Positions 1 to 11,796 of a stretch of DNA of 39,280 nt are shown here, piece after piece. Positions within the stretch are counted from its first letter, which is position 1, and every line of letters begins with the position of its first letter. The DNA is taken from assembly GCF_001194135.2 (NCBI RefSeq), contig NC_068983.1:67495879-67535158 (forward strand). The letters are read 5' to 3'. The notes beneath the pieces were generated by a model, which saw only the letters and a program-made list of their open reading frames with translations, ran no database searches and had not been told where the DNA came from. This stretch comes from Octopus bimaculoides. Lineage: Eukaryota. A program made the position numbers and the translations under genes.

Positions 1-91
1 TGTGAAAACAGGAGAGAGCAAACACACTTTGTGACATAGTACTAAAATAATTTCATCTTTATTTTACCAGTAGATAATTGACGAAATATTA

Positions 92-611
92 TCTATCTAT
101 ATATATATAAAATTGAGAATGTATGTCTGTGTGTCTGTGAGAATTCCTAAAACTCCGGAAGTACACAACCAATTTCATTCAAATTTTACACAAACCTTAC
201 TTAGGGTCCCGGTTGTGTTTTAGTCAAAAAAAAATTTTAACTTCTTGCATACTTCCAGCCCACAGCAATATTATATCTCTTCCACTATTTAAGTATTACG
301 TGTCAAAAGTGAAACAAAAACACTCATGTCATTCGAACCGGACTCGCAAAAACATTGTCCCCTTACATCTAATTTTCATTTAAGTACCACGACAGGCAAA
401 TAAAAATTACTTGTGATATAATAAATACGTTATATTCATTATATAGCATCTGCAACATTGCAACATTTCAGTAACATTGGCAAATAAAAACTCCTGAGGT
501 ATGAGCGCAGAGTGTTCGCTAAATTCAATCATATTTCACAGAATATATGCTTCATCACATTCAAAAAATATAAACAAACTCCTCTAGATAGATTCGGTAA
601 GTATCTGCTAG
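92..611 (+). mobile_element. Probable non-autonomous Helitron-like element
   Basis: Starts A|TCTATCTATATATATAAAATTGAGAATGTATGTCTGTGTGTCTGT...AACCAATTTCATTCAAATTTTACAC, resembling the 5' end of Lep1/HINE-type non-autonomous Helitrons. Ends ...GTATCTGCTAG|T (CTAG at 608-611 followed by T, i.e. A|T target). Subterminal hairpin is weak (AGATA/TATCT). Confidence 0.55.
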
Positions 612-952
612 TAAAGGGAAGATGAAACAATAAAACGTTTCCTCAATCCAGTTTCTCCTGTTTACGCATTGTTTTATACGCACACAAGCGCGCGAGCTCA
701 AGATTCGTTAGAATCTGGGTATTTCAACGTGTAGGACGACAGGAAAGGTAGAGTACTAGGCTTGTAATGTTCAATTGTTGTTAGCAAGCAGAATTCTGAA
801 AGTATGCGCGTGCATATCTGCATTTCAATCCAAGTTTAGTACCTGCCTAACTTTGTTTAAAATCACGTGAAGATAGCAGATTTTAGTCATGATATAAATT
901 AAGTATTCATCAATAATATGTTGCTGAAACAGGTGTTGTGAACTTTAAACTC

Positions 953-954
<2 letters not shown>

Positions 955-1029
<75 letters not shown>

Positions 1030-1040
1030 GTGTGTGTTTG
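955..1040. repeat. (TG)n microsatellite
   Basis: Direct inspection; source of the spurious CV/VC ORFs at 954 and 958. Confidence 0.95.
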
Positions 1041-1464
1041 TGTAGGTCGAAGAATAACCGAGAAATTGAACATCAAGGAATTAATTATACTCACATTGTG
1101 TCCAAACATTCTTCAAATTGTATCGACCCATTGTCTGATGCTCATAAAAATATGATTGAGCACACTCGATAAATCTGAACAACTTTCAAAATAGTGTTTG
1201 AGCTTCAAACAAACACATAGATGTACATATGCGGCGTAAATACTTTAATATGATTGAATTAGTTTATGCAGCCATATTGTAAATTGTTATCATTTGAACC
1301 TAATACATATATAACACTTATTACCCTACCATTTTTGTTCATAATTATTTTTGCCGCTGTTATTTCTAGCTAACAATTGAAGAGTCTTTTGTTTACATAA
1401 TATCCATTTGTAGCAATTTTAATTATTTCCTCCTAATTCTTTTTTCCTGTGGCCCTAATGGCTC

Positions 1465-1469
1465 ATACA

Positions 1470-1499
<30 letters not shown>
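1465..1499. repeat. (ACAT)n microsatellite
   Basis: Direct inspection. Confidence 0.9.
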
Positions 1500-1501
<2 letters not shown>

Positions 1502-1595
1502 CAGAGAGGGAGAATGATTGTCTTGTAATTAGCCTATAAACATCGGAGTTATAATTTTCATGACACTTGATATACATTTATATATAGATATATAA

Positions 1596-4074
1596 ACTGT
1601 TCATGGAGCAAGTGATACTCAGGCCAACCAGGGGTAACAACATATTGGACCTGTGCTTCACAAATAATGTGGACCTTATCCATAATGTGAAGGTGACATC
1701 AACGGCACTCTCAGATCACAACTAACTATGTGTGGTCCTGCGCGAACTATTGTATCTACCCTATCAGGAGAACTCAAGCCTTATCCAACCTGAATTCCCA
1801 TAAGGCAAAATGGGAATCGATCCGCAAAAAGATCCATCAACGAAACTGGTCCAATATTCTGTGTATGCAAGACATTGATTTGAAACTCAGCCAGTTTATG
1901 TTAACAGTGCAAGCTATATGCACTAAATATATCCCAGAAAGAAAGGCCAGCACACTACCAAACAAGATTCATAGGGACAGAAAAATCCTCATGAGACGCA
2001 GGTCAAAGATCTCAAAGCGGCTGAATAGGCAACTGAAGGATAACGAGAAGTCTATCTTAACACGGAAGGGGAAAGAGCAGAGCGAGAGAAAAGGGCTGTG
2101 GAAAGCATAAAAACAAGTCCCAAAGCTTTCTATAAATTCGCAAAGGAAACAGCCACAATACAATATAAAATAGGACCATTGTTCCAAGGGAATGGCTCAC
2201 TGACGACGGACCCAAGAAGGATAAGTGGAATACTCAGTGAACAGTTTAAAAGTGTCTTCCCTTTCCACCTTGGACACATGCAGATCAAAAATTCGGCTGA
2301 ATTCTTTGATATTGCAGCTTTAAAAAGGGAGGAAACAGATGTAACAGCGGCCATAGATGAAATGAGCTCATGCTCCGCCACTGGTCCTGATGGCTTCTCG
2401 GCTATTCTCCTAAAGTCATGTAAGTAGGCTTTAGCGAAACCGCTTCAGATACTTTTCCAAAGTTTCCTTGCAAGTGGTATACTTCCTAAAAAGCAGAAAG
2501 AAGGCATTATATGCCCTATCCACAAAGGTGGAAGTAGAGTAGAGGCCAAAAACTACAGGCCAATCTCTCTGACTTCGCATATCAGTAAAGTCATAGAGCG
2601 AATCATCAGAAAGAAATTGATAATGTTCCTAGAAGAAAATGACCTACTGAACAACACACAGCATAGCTTCCGTCCAGGAAGAAGCTATCTCACAAGCTCC
2701 TACAGCACTATGGCTGGCTTTTGAAATAGCTGCCTGACCTTTCAGATGTCAGTGTGATATACCTTGACTTCGCAAAGGCACTTGATAAGGTAGGTCGCGG
2801 CATGATAAGTCATAAGCTTCGAGATCCTGACATTGCTGGTAAACTGGGAGAGTGGCTTCCTTAAAAACACAAGTCAGGTAGTTGTAGCCAATGGTGCCCT
2901 TTCTGAGAAAACTCAAACCCTAAGTGGTGTCCCCCAGGGAACTGTTCTGAGGCCATTACTGTTCATAATAGTCCTCTTAGACATGCCTACGGCCACTCGG
3001 ACTGCTACTGTCACTATCTANNNNNNNNNNCCTCTTAGACATGCCTACGGCCACTCGGACTGCTACTGTCACTATCTATGCCGATGATACAAAATTATCA
3101 CAGGCAATAAAAAACCAAGATGATGTCACAAGCTTACAGCGGCACCTAAATTCAATATACAAGTGGGCCGAAATAAACAACATGCAGTTTAATGCTAGAA
3201 AATTTCAAGCACCGGAACTATCAACTCGCAAATACAGTACAATCTACATATACAGGACCCGAAGGCACTACAATCCTAGAGTCACAGGCAGTGAAAGACT
3301 TGGGGATCAGCATATGCAATGACGCACCATTTCATATGCACAGGAGCAAGATGGCAGCAAAGTGCATACAACTGGAAGGATGGATACTGAGGTCCCTCAA
3401 GACAAGTGACCAAGAAACTATGTTGAGCCTTTGGAGAACCTTTGTTCTCATCCGCCTTGACTACTGCTCCCAGTTATGGTCACCACATATGGCCAAACTA
3501 ACATCAGAGCTTGAAGCAGTTCAACACTAAAAAGATTGAAACAGTGCAGTGGATGAGTTACAGAGAAAGGCTGAGAAAACTACAGTTTTACTCCCTAGAG
3601 CGAAGGCGTGAGAGATATGTCATAATATACATATGGAAAATTCTAGAAAGACTAGTACCTAACTTTGGCATTGAGTGTTAAAAAAACGCCAGAACTGGCC
3701 GCCAAAGATACCAACCACGCTATCAAAATTCAGGACCAGGTACTGCAATAGTCTAGGGTTCAAAAGCCCACAGCTCTTCAATGCCCTGCCACAAAAATTA
3801 AGAAATTTGCATAAGGTGGAAGTAGATGTCTTCAAAAAGGAACTAGACATCGTCCACTCCACAATACCGGATAAAACAACAGCCCAACACGAGGTACAGA
3901 CGAGGGCAGCGGAATCAAACTGCCTTATACACCAAATGTACCAACAGCTGGGACAAAGGCAGATACAGGAGTGGTGATGTGAAACACCTAGACTGATGAA
4001 GTCAGAAAGACTATGGTGGTGCTCCAGCATGACCGCGTCCGTATGGCTGAAACGAGTAAAGGAGTAAAAGAGTA
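1596..4074 (+). mobile_element. 5'-truncated, degenerate CR1-clade LINE (end of APE endonuclease, RT, C-terminus, 3' UTR)
   Basis: Across frames: PTRGNNILDLCFTNN (APE C-terminus), ATGPDGF, NYRPISLTSHISKV, YLDFAKALDK, SGVPQGTVLRPLLF, YADDTKL, VKDLG, LDYCSQLWSP, RAAESNCL. Stops (e.g. TAG 2425-2427) and frameshifts. ORF2 stop at 3977, then a ~95-nt UTR ending in AGTAAAGGAGTAAAAGAGTA. Confidence 0.88.
2973..3078. other. 48-bp direct duplication across a 10-N gap (unmerged contig overlap)
   Basis: 2973-3020 is identical to 3031-3078. Collapsing one copy restores the RT frame PQG...YADD. Confidence 0.9.
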
Positions 4075-4217
4075 TATATATACTTGATACACACACACAC
4101 ACATATATATATACTTGATATACATATATATATATATATATATATCTAAAACAAATAATAAATGAATATATGCATATATACGTGCAGGTATGTGCATACC
4201 TACGTCAGCTTTGCTCT

Positions 4218-4226
4218 TCTCTCTCC

Positions 4227-4282
<56 letters not shown>

Positions 4283-4292
4283 CTCTCTCTCT
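4218..4292. repeat. (CT)n microsatellite
   Basis: Direct inspection; gives the SLSL N-terminus of ORF 4190. Confidence 0.95.
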
Positions 4293-5124
4293 GTTTATGG
4301 ACTGTAGTAAGGAACATTAAAATGAAGAAGCACATTAGAAAGAACCCTCATTTGGATTACCTAAGTGAAATTACCAAGGAGATTAGCAGTTTAAACAGCG
4401 TTTTAGTTAAATCAGATAAAACTGGTAATATGTATAAACTAAAGAAACAGTATTATTTTGAACTTCTTAAAAATGAAATTGAGAAGAACTATAAAACAAC
4501 TAATATGAATACACTAAGAAATGCAAATATGGAAACTAAAAAATTAATGAAGAAATTTAACCTTTTGAATAGGACTGAGCCTATAGTGCCAAAACAACCG
4601 AGGTTCATCTTGAAAGATCATAAGAAAAATTTTGGGACTGATCCTGCATTAAGGCTTATTTGCCCGGCTAAATCGGATATAGGGATACTGAGTAAAAATA
4701 TATTAGATAAGTATATCCCTATAATAATTAGAAAACTTAAACTACAACTCTGGTTCAATTCTAGGCAAGTAATAGATTGGTTTAATTGCATTAATGATAA
4801 GGATAATGTCAAATTTATACAATTTGATATAGCTAATTTCTATCCCTCTATTAATCCTTCTGTTCTTAATAAAGCATTGTGGTTTATGCACAATAAAGCT
4901 GGGCTTTCTAGAGAAGAGATGTTAATAATAGGAGTAAGCGTAGTTATAAGACTACTACTACTAATAATAATAATGATGTTGATAATGTTAACTTGTTTAG
5001 AAAGATTAAGCATAAACCAAAATCCAACGGTAATATATCAAGGACTGATAATGGTGGACTTAAGTTTTTTATGGATAATAATGTAAGTTATAATTCTAAA
5101 AAACAAGATAGTTTATGGTTTATC
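4293..5124 (+). mobile_element. Penelope-like element RT fragment (possibly Naiad-like clade), internally deleted, running into a gap
   Basis: ORF 4190-5086 contains VLVKSDKTGNMY, FILKDHKKNF, LRLICPAKSDIGILSKNILD, VIDWFN and FIQFDIANFYPSI (RT motif A of PLEs). Homology breaks near 4925. The clade call is from recalled motif similarity. Confidence 0.75.
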
Positions 5125-6011
5125 NNNNNNNNNNNNNNNNNNNNNNNNNNNNNNNNNNNNNNNNNNNNNNNNNNNNNNNNNNNNNNNNNNNNNNNNNNNN
5201 NNNNNNNNNNNNNNNNNNNNNNNNNNNNNNNNNNNNNNNNNNNNNNNNNNNNNNNNNNNNNNNNNNNNNNNNNNNNNNNNNNNNNNNNNNNNNNNNNNNN
5301 NNNNNNNNNNNNNNNNNNNNNNNNNNNNNNNNNNNNNNNNNNNNNNNNNNNNNNNNNNNNNNNNNNNNNNNNNNNNNNNNNNNNNNNNNNNNNNNNNNNN
5401 NNNNNNNNNNNNNNNNNNNNNNNNNNNNNNNNNNNNNNNNNNNNNNNNNNNNNNNNNNNNNNNNNNNNNNNNNNNNNNNNNNNNNNNNNNNNNNNNNNNN
5501 NNNNNNNNNNNNNNNNNNNNNNNNNNNNNNNNNNNNNNNNNNNNNNNNNNNNNNNNNNNNNNNNNNNNNNNNNNNNNNNNNNNNNNNNNNNNNNNNNNNN
5601 NNNNNNNNNNNNNNNNNNNNNNNNNNNNNNNNNNNNNNNNNNNNNNNNNNNNNNNNNNNNNNNNNNNNNNNNNNNNNNNNNNNNNNNNNNNNNNNNNNNN
5701 NNNNNNNNNNNNNNNNNNNNNNNNNNNNNNNNNNNNNNNNNNNNNNNNNNNNNNNNNNNNNNNNNNNNNNNNNNNNNNNNNNNNNNNNNNNNNNNNNNNN
5801 NNNNNNNNNNNNNNNNNNNNNNNNNNNNNNNNNNNNNNNNNNNNNNNNNNNNNNNNNNNNNNNNNNNNNNNNNNNNNNNNNNNNNNNNNNNNNNNNNNNN
5901 NNNNNNNNNNNNNNNNNNNNNNNNNNNNNNNNNNNNNNNNNNNNNNNNNNNNNNNNNNNNNNNNNNNNNNNNNNNNNNNNNNNNNNNNNNNNNNNNNNNN
6001 NNNNNNNNNNN

Positions 6012-6070
<59 letters not shown>

Positions 6071-6168
6071 AAGTGTTTTTTATATATGTATTTAAATGTA
6101 TGTGTATGTGTATATGTATATGTGTGATGTATGTGTATGTATGTATATTTATGTGTTGTGTGTGTTTG

Positions 6169-6211
<43 letters not shown>

Positions 6212-6317
6212 ATATGTATATATATGTATATATATATNNNNNNNNNNNNNNNNNNNNNNNNNNNNNNNNNNNNNNNNNNNNNNNNNNNNNNNNNNNNNNN
6301 NNNNNNNNNNNNNNNNN

Positions 6318-6368
<51 letters not shown>

Positions 6369-7746
6369 ATATATGTGTATATGTATGCATGTGTATGTTT
6401 GTGTATGTATATATATGTATATATGTGTATATGTGTGTGTGTATATGTATATATATATATATGTATATATGTATGTATGTGTATGTGTGTGTATATGGGT
6501 ATATATATATATGTATATATATATTAGAGTGTGTGTAGGTATAATTAGAATATAGATAAGTGTAGTATGAATTACCGTATGTGTGAGTTAGAATTTTATT
6601 ATAGGTGTTTTTTTCATTGAAGACGGGTTTCTGTTCTACGGATATTGAGATGTAATATAACGTGATAGTACTGAGGGATTTTTTTTTTTTTTTTATTTAT
6701 TTTTTTTTTTTATTTANNNNNNNNNNNNNNNNNNNNNNNNNNNNNNNNNNNNNNNNNNNNNNNNNNNNNNNNNNNNNNNNNNNNNNNNNNNNNNNNNNNN
6801 NNNNNNNNNNNNNNNNNNNNNNNNNNNNNNNNNNNNNNNNNNNNNNNNNNNNNNNNNNNNNNNNNNNNNNNNNNNNNNNNNNNNNNNNNNNNNNNNNNNN
6901 NNNNNNNNNNNNNNNNNNNNNNNNNNNNNNNNNNNNNNNNNNNNNNNNNNNNNNNNNNNNNNNNNNNNNNNNNNNNNNNNNNNNNNNNNNNNNNNNNNNN
7001 NNNNNNNNNNNNNNNNNNNNNNNNNNNNNNNNNNNNNNNNNNNNNNNNNNNNNNNNNNNNNNNNNNNNNNNNNNNNNNNNNNNNNNNNNNNNNNNNNNNN
7101 NNNNNNNNNNNNNNNNNNNNNNNNNNNNNNNNNNNNNNNNNNNNNNNNNNNNNNNNNNNNNNNNNNNNNNNNNNNNNNNNNNNNNNNNNNNNNNNNNNNN
7201 NNNNNNNNNNNNNNNNNNNNNNNNNNNNNNNNNNNNNNNNNNNNNNNNNNNNNNNNNNNNNNNNNNNNNNNNNNNNNNNNNNNNNNNNNNNNNNNNNNNN
7301 NNNNNNNNNNNNNNNNNNNNNNNNNNNNNNNNNNNNNNNNNNNNNNNNNNNNNNNNNNNNNNNNNNNNNNNNNNNNNNNNNNNNNNNNNNNNNNNNNNNN
7401 NNNNNNNNNNNNNNNNNNNNNNNNNNNNNNNNNNNNNNNNNNNNNNNNNNNNNNNNNNNNNNNNNNNNNNNNNNNNNNNNNNNNNNTATATATATATATA
7501 TATATATATGGGAAAAATAGGTTCAAAACAGAACAACTTAAACTTTTTGAGAGGTACAAAAAAAGAGAAAGAATGATTTCTAATAACGATTCATCATATT
7601 CATAAAAAAACTGCCAGAGCAAGTAATAAGAATATGAAAATAGTAGTTGAAAAATATCGTTATAAGTATAAAAACACCATAACCAATTATAGAAAAATGG
7701 AGGAGAAAAAGATGTTAAATCAAAATTAGATTTAATACAAAATAGG

Positions 7747-7857
7747 ATTCAATACATACACGCGTTTCAAAGGACAATACAAATATGTAAGAAAAAATTA
7801 TAACCATAGTAATTATAACTAAATCTATGCATTGTCATTTTCATCAGTGTAAGGAAT
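7747..7857 (-). ncRNA. Type I hammerhead ribozyme fold with canonical core
   Basis: Minus strand reads AUUC-CU-UACA | CUGAUGA (7847-7841) | AAAUGACAAUGC...GUAUUGUCCUUU (stem II, 11 of 12 pairs) | GAAA | C GCGU GUA^ | UGUA-UU-GAAU. Stem I is 4 bp + 2x2 internal loop + 4 bp. Predicted cleavage between 7757 and 7756. Confidence 0.72.
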
Positions 7858-8335
7858 TTTTGTAAGGACATCAAAAAGGTTTCATAAAATAAAGTAAATT
7901 AAAATAAGATACAATAAGGGAGGGGAAGAAATGGTGTAATAGGGGGAAAAATTGGATATTTGCAAGCAAGTTTTGAAAGGGGAAAAAATAACAGTAATAA
8001 TAATAGTAAGAGAGACGAAAGGGAAAAAAAGACAGATATATCAATGTGTAAGCAGGTCTATATGAAATAAGAATGAAAAGCTAACGGGTATGTTTTAAAA
8101 AATGGTAACAGGTCGAGAGAAAGTATAATAAAAAAGGCAACGTGTGTATTGTAGAATATAACGTAACAGGTGGACTTGTAGAAAAACCATAGAGTTATAC
8201 ATATACATATTAATATATATATACGTTTATGTATATATATCTGTATGTTTAGTATGCGCATGTAAACATATATGTACATATATATGTATACAGTTAAATA
8301 TATATACCTACATATATACATTTTTACATTATCTC

Positions 8336-8384
<49 letters not shown>

Positions 8385-8660
8385 NNNNNNNNNNNNNNNN
8401 NNNNNNNNNNNNNNNNNNNNNNNNNNNNNNNNNNNNNNNNNNNNNNNNNNNNNNNNNNNNNNNNNNNNNNNNNNNNNNNNNNNNNNNNNNNNNNNNNNNN
8501 NNNNNNNNNNNNNNNNNNNNNNNNNNNNNNNNNNNNNNNNNNNNNNNNNNNNNNNNNNNNNNNNNNNNNNNNNNNNNNNNNNNNNNNNNNNNNNNNNNNN
8601 NNNNNNNNNNNNNNNNNNNNNNNNNNNNNNNNNNNNNNNNNNNNNNNNNNNNNNNNNNNT

Positions 8661-9636
8661 ATATTCTACGTCAAAAGAATGTATAAATGTTCGAACGTGG
8701 AAATTTTATCTTGATGTACATATAAAGCTACAAATAGTAGCATGTAAATATTTAGCTATAAAAACCCTTTTTTGGGTCATTGCTGCATTTTTTGTTAAGT
8801 CTGTATAATCTTTGTTTCAGAAAATAATAATGCCAGACCCTCAGCATACTCAAGAAATGAAGAGGCATGCTATCATCGTGGTTATAAAGGCTGAGCATAT
8901 TTATTTAGAAATATCTCGATGTTTAAAAGTTGCCAGATCTTTCATCTAAAAAGTTTGTAAGGAGCTAGAGACTGAAGATGGAAACGTATCACTAGTATCA
9001 AAGCATTCTAAACGCTCTGAAATCATCAGAACACCTGAATTTATCTAGTAAATTCAACAGACCCTTGATTACAATACCAGAAAGTCCATAAAGTCAATTA
9101 CAAAAGATTTCCATGTGTCAGAAGGAACAGTTAGAAATGATGTCCACGAAGACATCAGATACATGATTTATATGATGAGGAAAGGTCAATTTGTCAGAAA
9201 AAGCAAAAGAAAATCACTACATCAAACGAGAAAAGCTTCGACTAAGATCAAAAAGTTAACTGAAGAAATGACAGATGTTTATGTGCAGACCCTTCTGAAG
9301 TTAAAAGTGTTATGCATACAAAATTTCCTGCAACTGTCATGGTTTTAGGGGTTGTCAGCAATGAAGGACATGTGATGCCTCCTTACTTCTTTCCGCAAGG
9401 CCTTAGAGTTAACTCTGCTGCCTACACTGATGTCCTGGAAATAATTGTTAATCCCTGGATAGATAGTGTATACAATGGAAGGCCGTATGTGTTTTAGTAA
9501 GACTCTGTACTATCACACGTGGCTCTAGTAACACCGGAATGGATGGCTGAAAATTTTTATGATCACATAACTCCTAACATTTGGCCTTCTAATTCCCCAG
9601 ATCTAAATACATTGGACTATAACATGTGGAGTGTTG

Positions 9637-9669
<33 letters not shown>

Positions 9670-9955
9670 TCAATGAACATGTCCATAACACCAAAGATCC
9701 TTTGAAAGCTGCGATAGTCAGAGTAATGTCCAAAATGAATCAGGACTACTTTATTTGAGCATGTAGATGATTTCGATCTCATACAGAAGCAGTTGTTGAA
9801 GCTGGAGGTGGCTTTATTGAATAACATTATAGAAAAGAAGGTTTATTTTTATCCTCACAGCATTTTTTAATAAATAAAGTTATTGTCTGTTATTATATAT
9901 CTGTTTTTTTTTTTATAAACTTAAATTTGTCCTCAAATATCTTACGCACCCTGTA
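8661..9955 (+). mobile_element. Degenerate DD37D (maT-like) Tc1/mariner-superfamily transposon
   Basis: Transposase from ATG at ~8830 (MPDPQHTQEMKRHAII) through VMVLGVVSNEG and GRPYVF**DSVLSH...WPSNSPDLNTLDY. Spacing between the last two D residues counts to 37. Right end ...ATCTTACGCACCCTG|TA (TIR CAGGGTG, TA target). Left TIR absent, probably in the gap 8385-8660. Confidence 0.85.
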
Positions 9956-10014
9956 TATATAGTTCGAGATCGAATTCATAAAAAGAATTATATGTATATA
10001 TATATATATATATA

Positions 10015-10175
10015 TCTTGTTTCAGTCATTTGGCTGCTGCTATGCTGGGGCATTGCCTTTGAAATGTTTAGTCGAACAATTCGAACATAGCACTTATTTT
10101 TTTAAGACCCTGCCATTAATTCTATCGGTTCCCTTTTACCGAACCACTCGATTATCAAGATGTAGGCAACTTCGG
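10015..10175 (-). mobile_element. 3' half of an octopus-type tRNA SINE
   Basis: Reverse complement reads GGTTCGGTAAAAGGGAACCGATAGAA...TTCGACTAAAC...GGCAATGCCCCAGCATAGCAGCAGCCAAATGACTGAAACAAGA; same tail as 4015-4074 and 36905-36948. Confidence 0.6.
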
Positions 10176-10689
10176 AATTATACTTTTGCTACAATGGCCA
10201 GCATTAGAAGAGTATTACATACATTAGTTATCCATCAAATTCGAGAATGAGTAAAATCAGAGAAAAATTATTGAAACACAAAAATTCAAATATGAACGTG
10301 GAAAGTATTTATTCTAGTTTAGAGAAAATGACGTAATCAGCTTTCGCTGTTGTAACTCTTAGGAGAAAGAAAAGGAAGTAGAAGTTGAAAGGAAGATAAT
10401 AGTTAGGCGAACATTAGTTTTGTGTTCATGCTTCGACGCATATATACATACATAAAGGTATACATATACGCACATATACATATGCGCTCACACGCGCACA
10501 TCCAAGTATATGGACATATATACATACAACTAGATACATGCGCATACGCACATGTATGGACGAATATACAATTTTATATGTAAAGGAACTCGTATACGCA
10601 GGAACACACGTGTATATGTACATAAATATACGTACATAGAATATATATATTTGTATCTTTATATGCTTCGTGAATATAAATGTACTTAA

Positions 10690-11270
10690 CTATGTACGTA
10701 CATAGCGCGAGAGACCTAAGCTTTTGGAAAGAATAAACCATATCAAAAGCTTGGCATGGAATTTGGCATGGTATTCACCAAGTACCTGCAGCATTAAAGG
10801 CAGAAAACATAGGGAACAACTGAACTCATCAACCACATTACGGTCAACTGGTAAAGAAATTTTTCTAAATATTATCTTCTTATAATGCATGATACGGTGG
10901 CTAGAACAGTTTGAAGCAAGGTAAGACAAAAGTAAGTACCAACAAACGAATTGAGATCGAAATCTCAAAAGAATATATAGGTGGAACTTAAAAATTAAAA
11001 CAGCCACAAAGTTAAAACAACCGGCCATATATTGTTGTATGGGATTACAAAAAAAAATATGCCCTGTTGTGGAATCAACAGCTCTCTGGGTACCAATGTG
11101 GCCAGTGCAAGTAAAAGAAAACGTTTATAGTAACTTGATAAGGACTATGCAAATCCAGTACTAAAGGTACGCCTTTATTTTCATGCTTATTATTATCTGA
11201 GGAACAGGGCATGTACCAACCTGCCTGCGGCAAAGTATGGCGGAACATGGGCTCTTGAGGAAAGAAAGCA
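10690..11270 (+). pseudogene. Possible fossil RTE-X/R4-like LINE RT fragment
   Basis: Collinear but very degenerate motif remnants in mixed frames: DL(K)L, MEFG, ISKEY, LDK, LPAAKYGG (cf. YMDDLKL, GMEFG, LPR..GGRGL). Confidence 0.3.
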
Positions 11271-11761
11271 GCTCCTTCATTTATATGCTACAAATGACCA
11301 CGATATTTGACGCCATAAAAACCTTTAAGACATTCTTAAAATTTAAAGTATGGTGAAAAAGACAAACAAGACGCTTTCCCTCATAACCTTGCTATCAAGA
11401 AAGATGGCCGATCAAAATTAACTCTAAATTAAAATGAGGAAAGGAACACACACACACACACACATGTACATGTATATATACATGTGTATAAATATATACG
11501 CATAGACCTCACTACATGTATATACATCTGCATATATAAACACAAACGCACATATATAGATACACATAGATGAAAATAATTATAGTGATTAATGATGCTG
11601 ATGTGTATTTATGCATGTATATTTATACAGACGTTTATAATTATATTCATAGATAACTGATACAGATATGTAAAGTATATGTACATAATTATAAACATGT
11701 ATACCTATATATATACACACACACACGCACACACACATACATACATACATACATACATACA

Positions 11762-11796
<35 letters not shown>

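Noticed and set aside
3990-4012. CTGATGA...GAAA in the LINE 3' UTR
   Set aside because: No stem II or III and no cleavage triplet can be formed.
5113-7622. Long ORFs of 279-425 aa
   Set aside because: They are made of N gaps and TA/TG microsatellites. The same applies to the ORFs at 8272, 17300-17906, 20397-21121, 22585-23382, 33171-33815 and 34314-34847.
8961-9000. CTAGAGA-CTGAAGA-TG-GAAAC-GTA-TCACTAG looks like a hammerhead core with stem I
   Set aside because: There is no stem II (only 2 nt between the boxes) and it lies in the transposase reading frame (ELETEDGNVS), so it is most likely coincidental.
10790-10926. Strong donor-like AAG|GTAAGA at 10920
   Set aside because: I found no convincing open upstream exon (the frame ending at the donor hits an in-frame stop), and the region is better explained as fossil LINE sequence.
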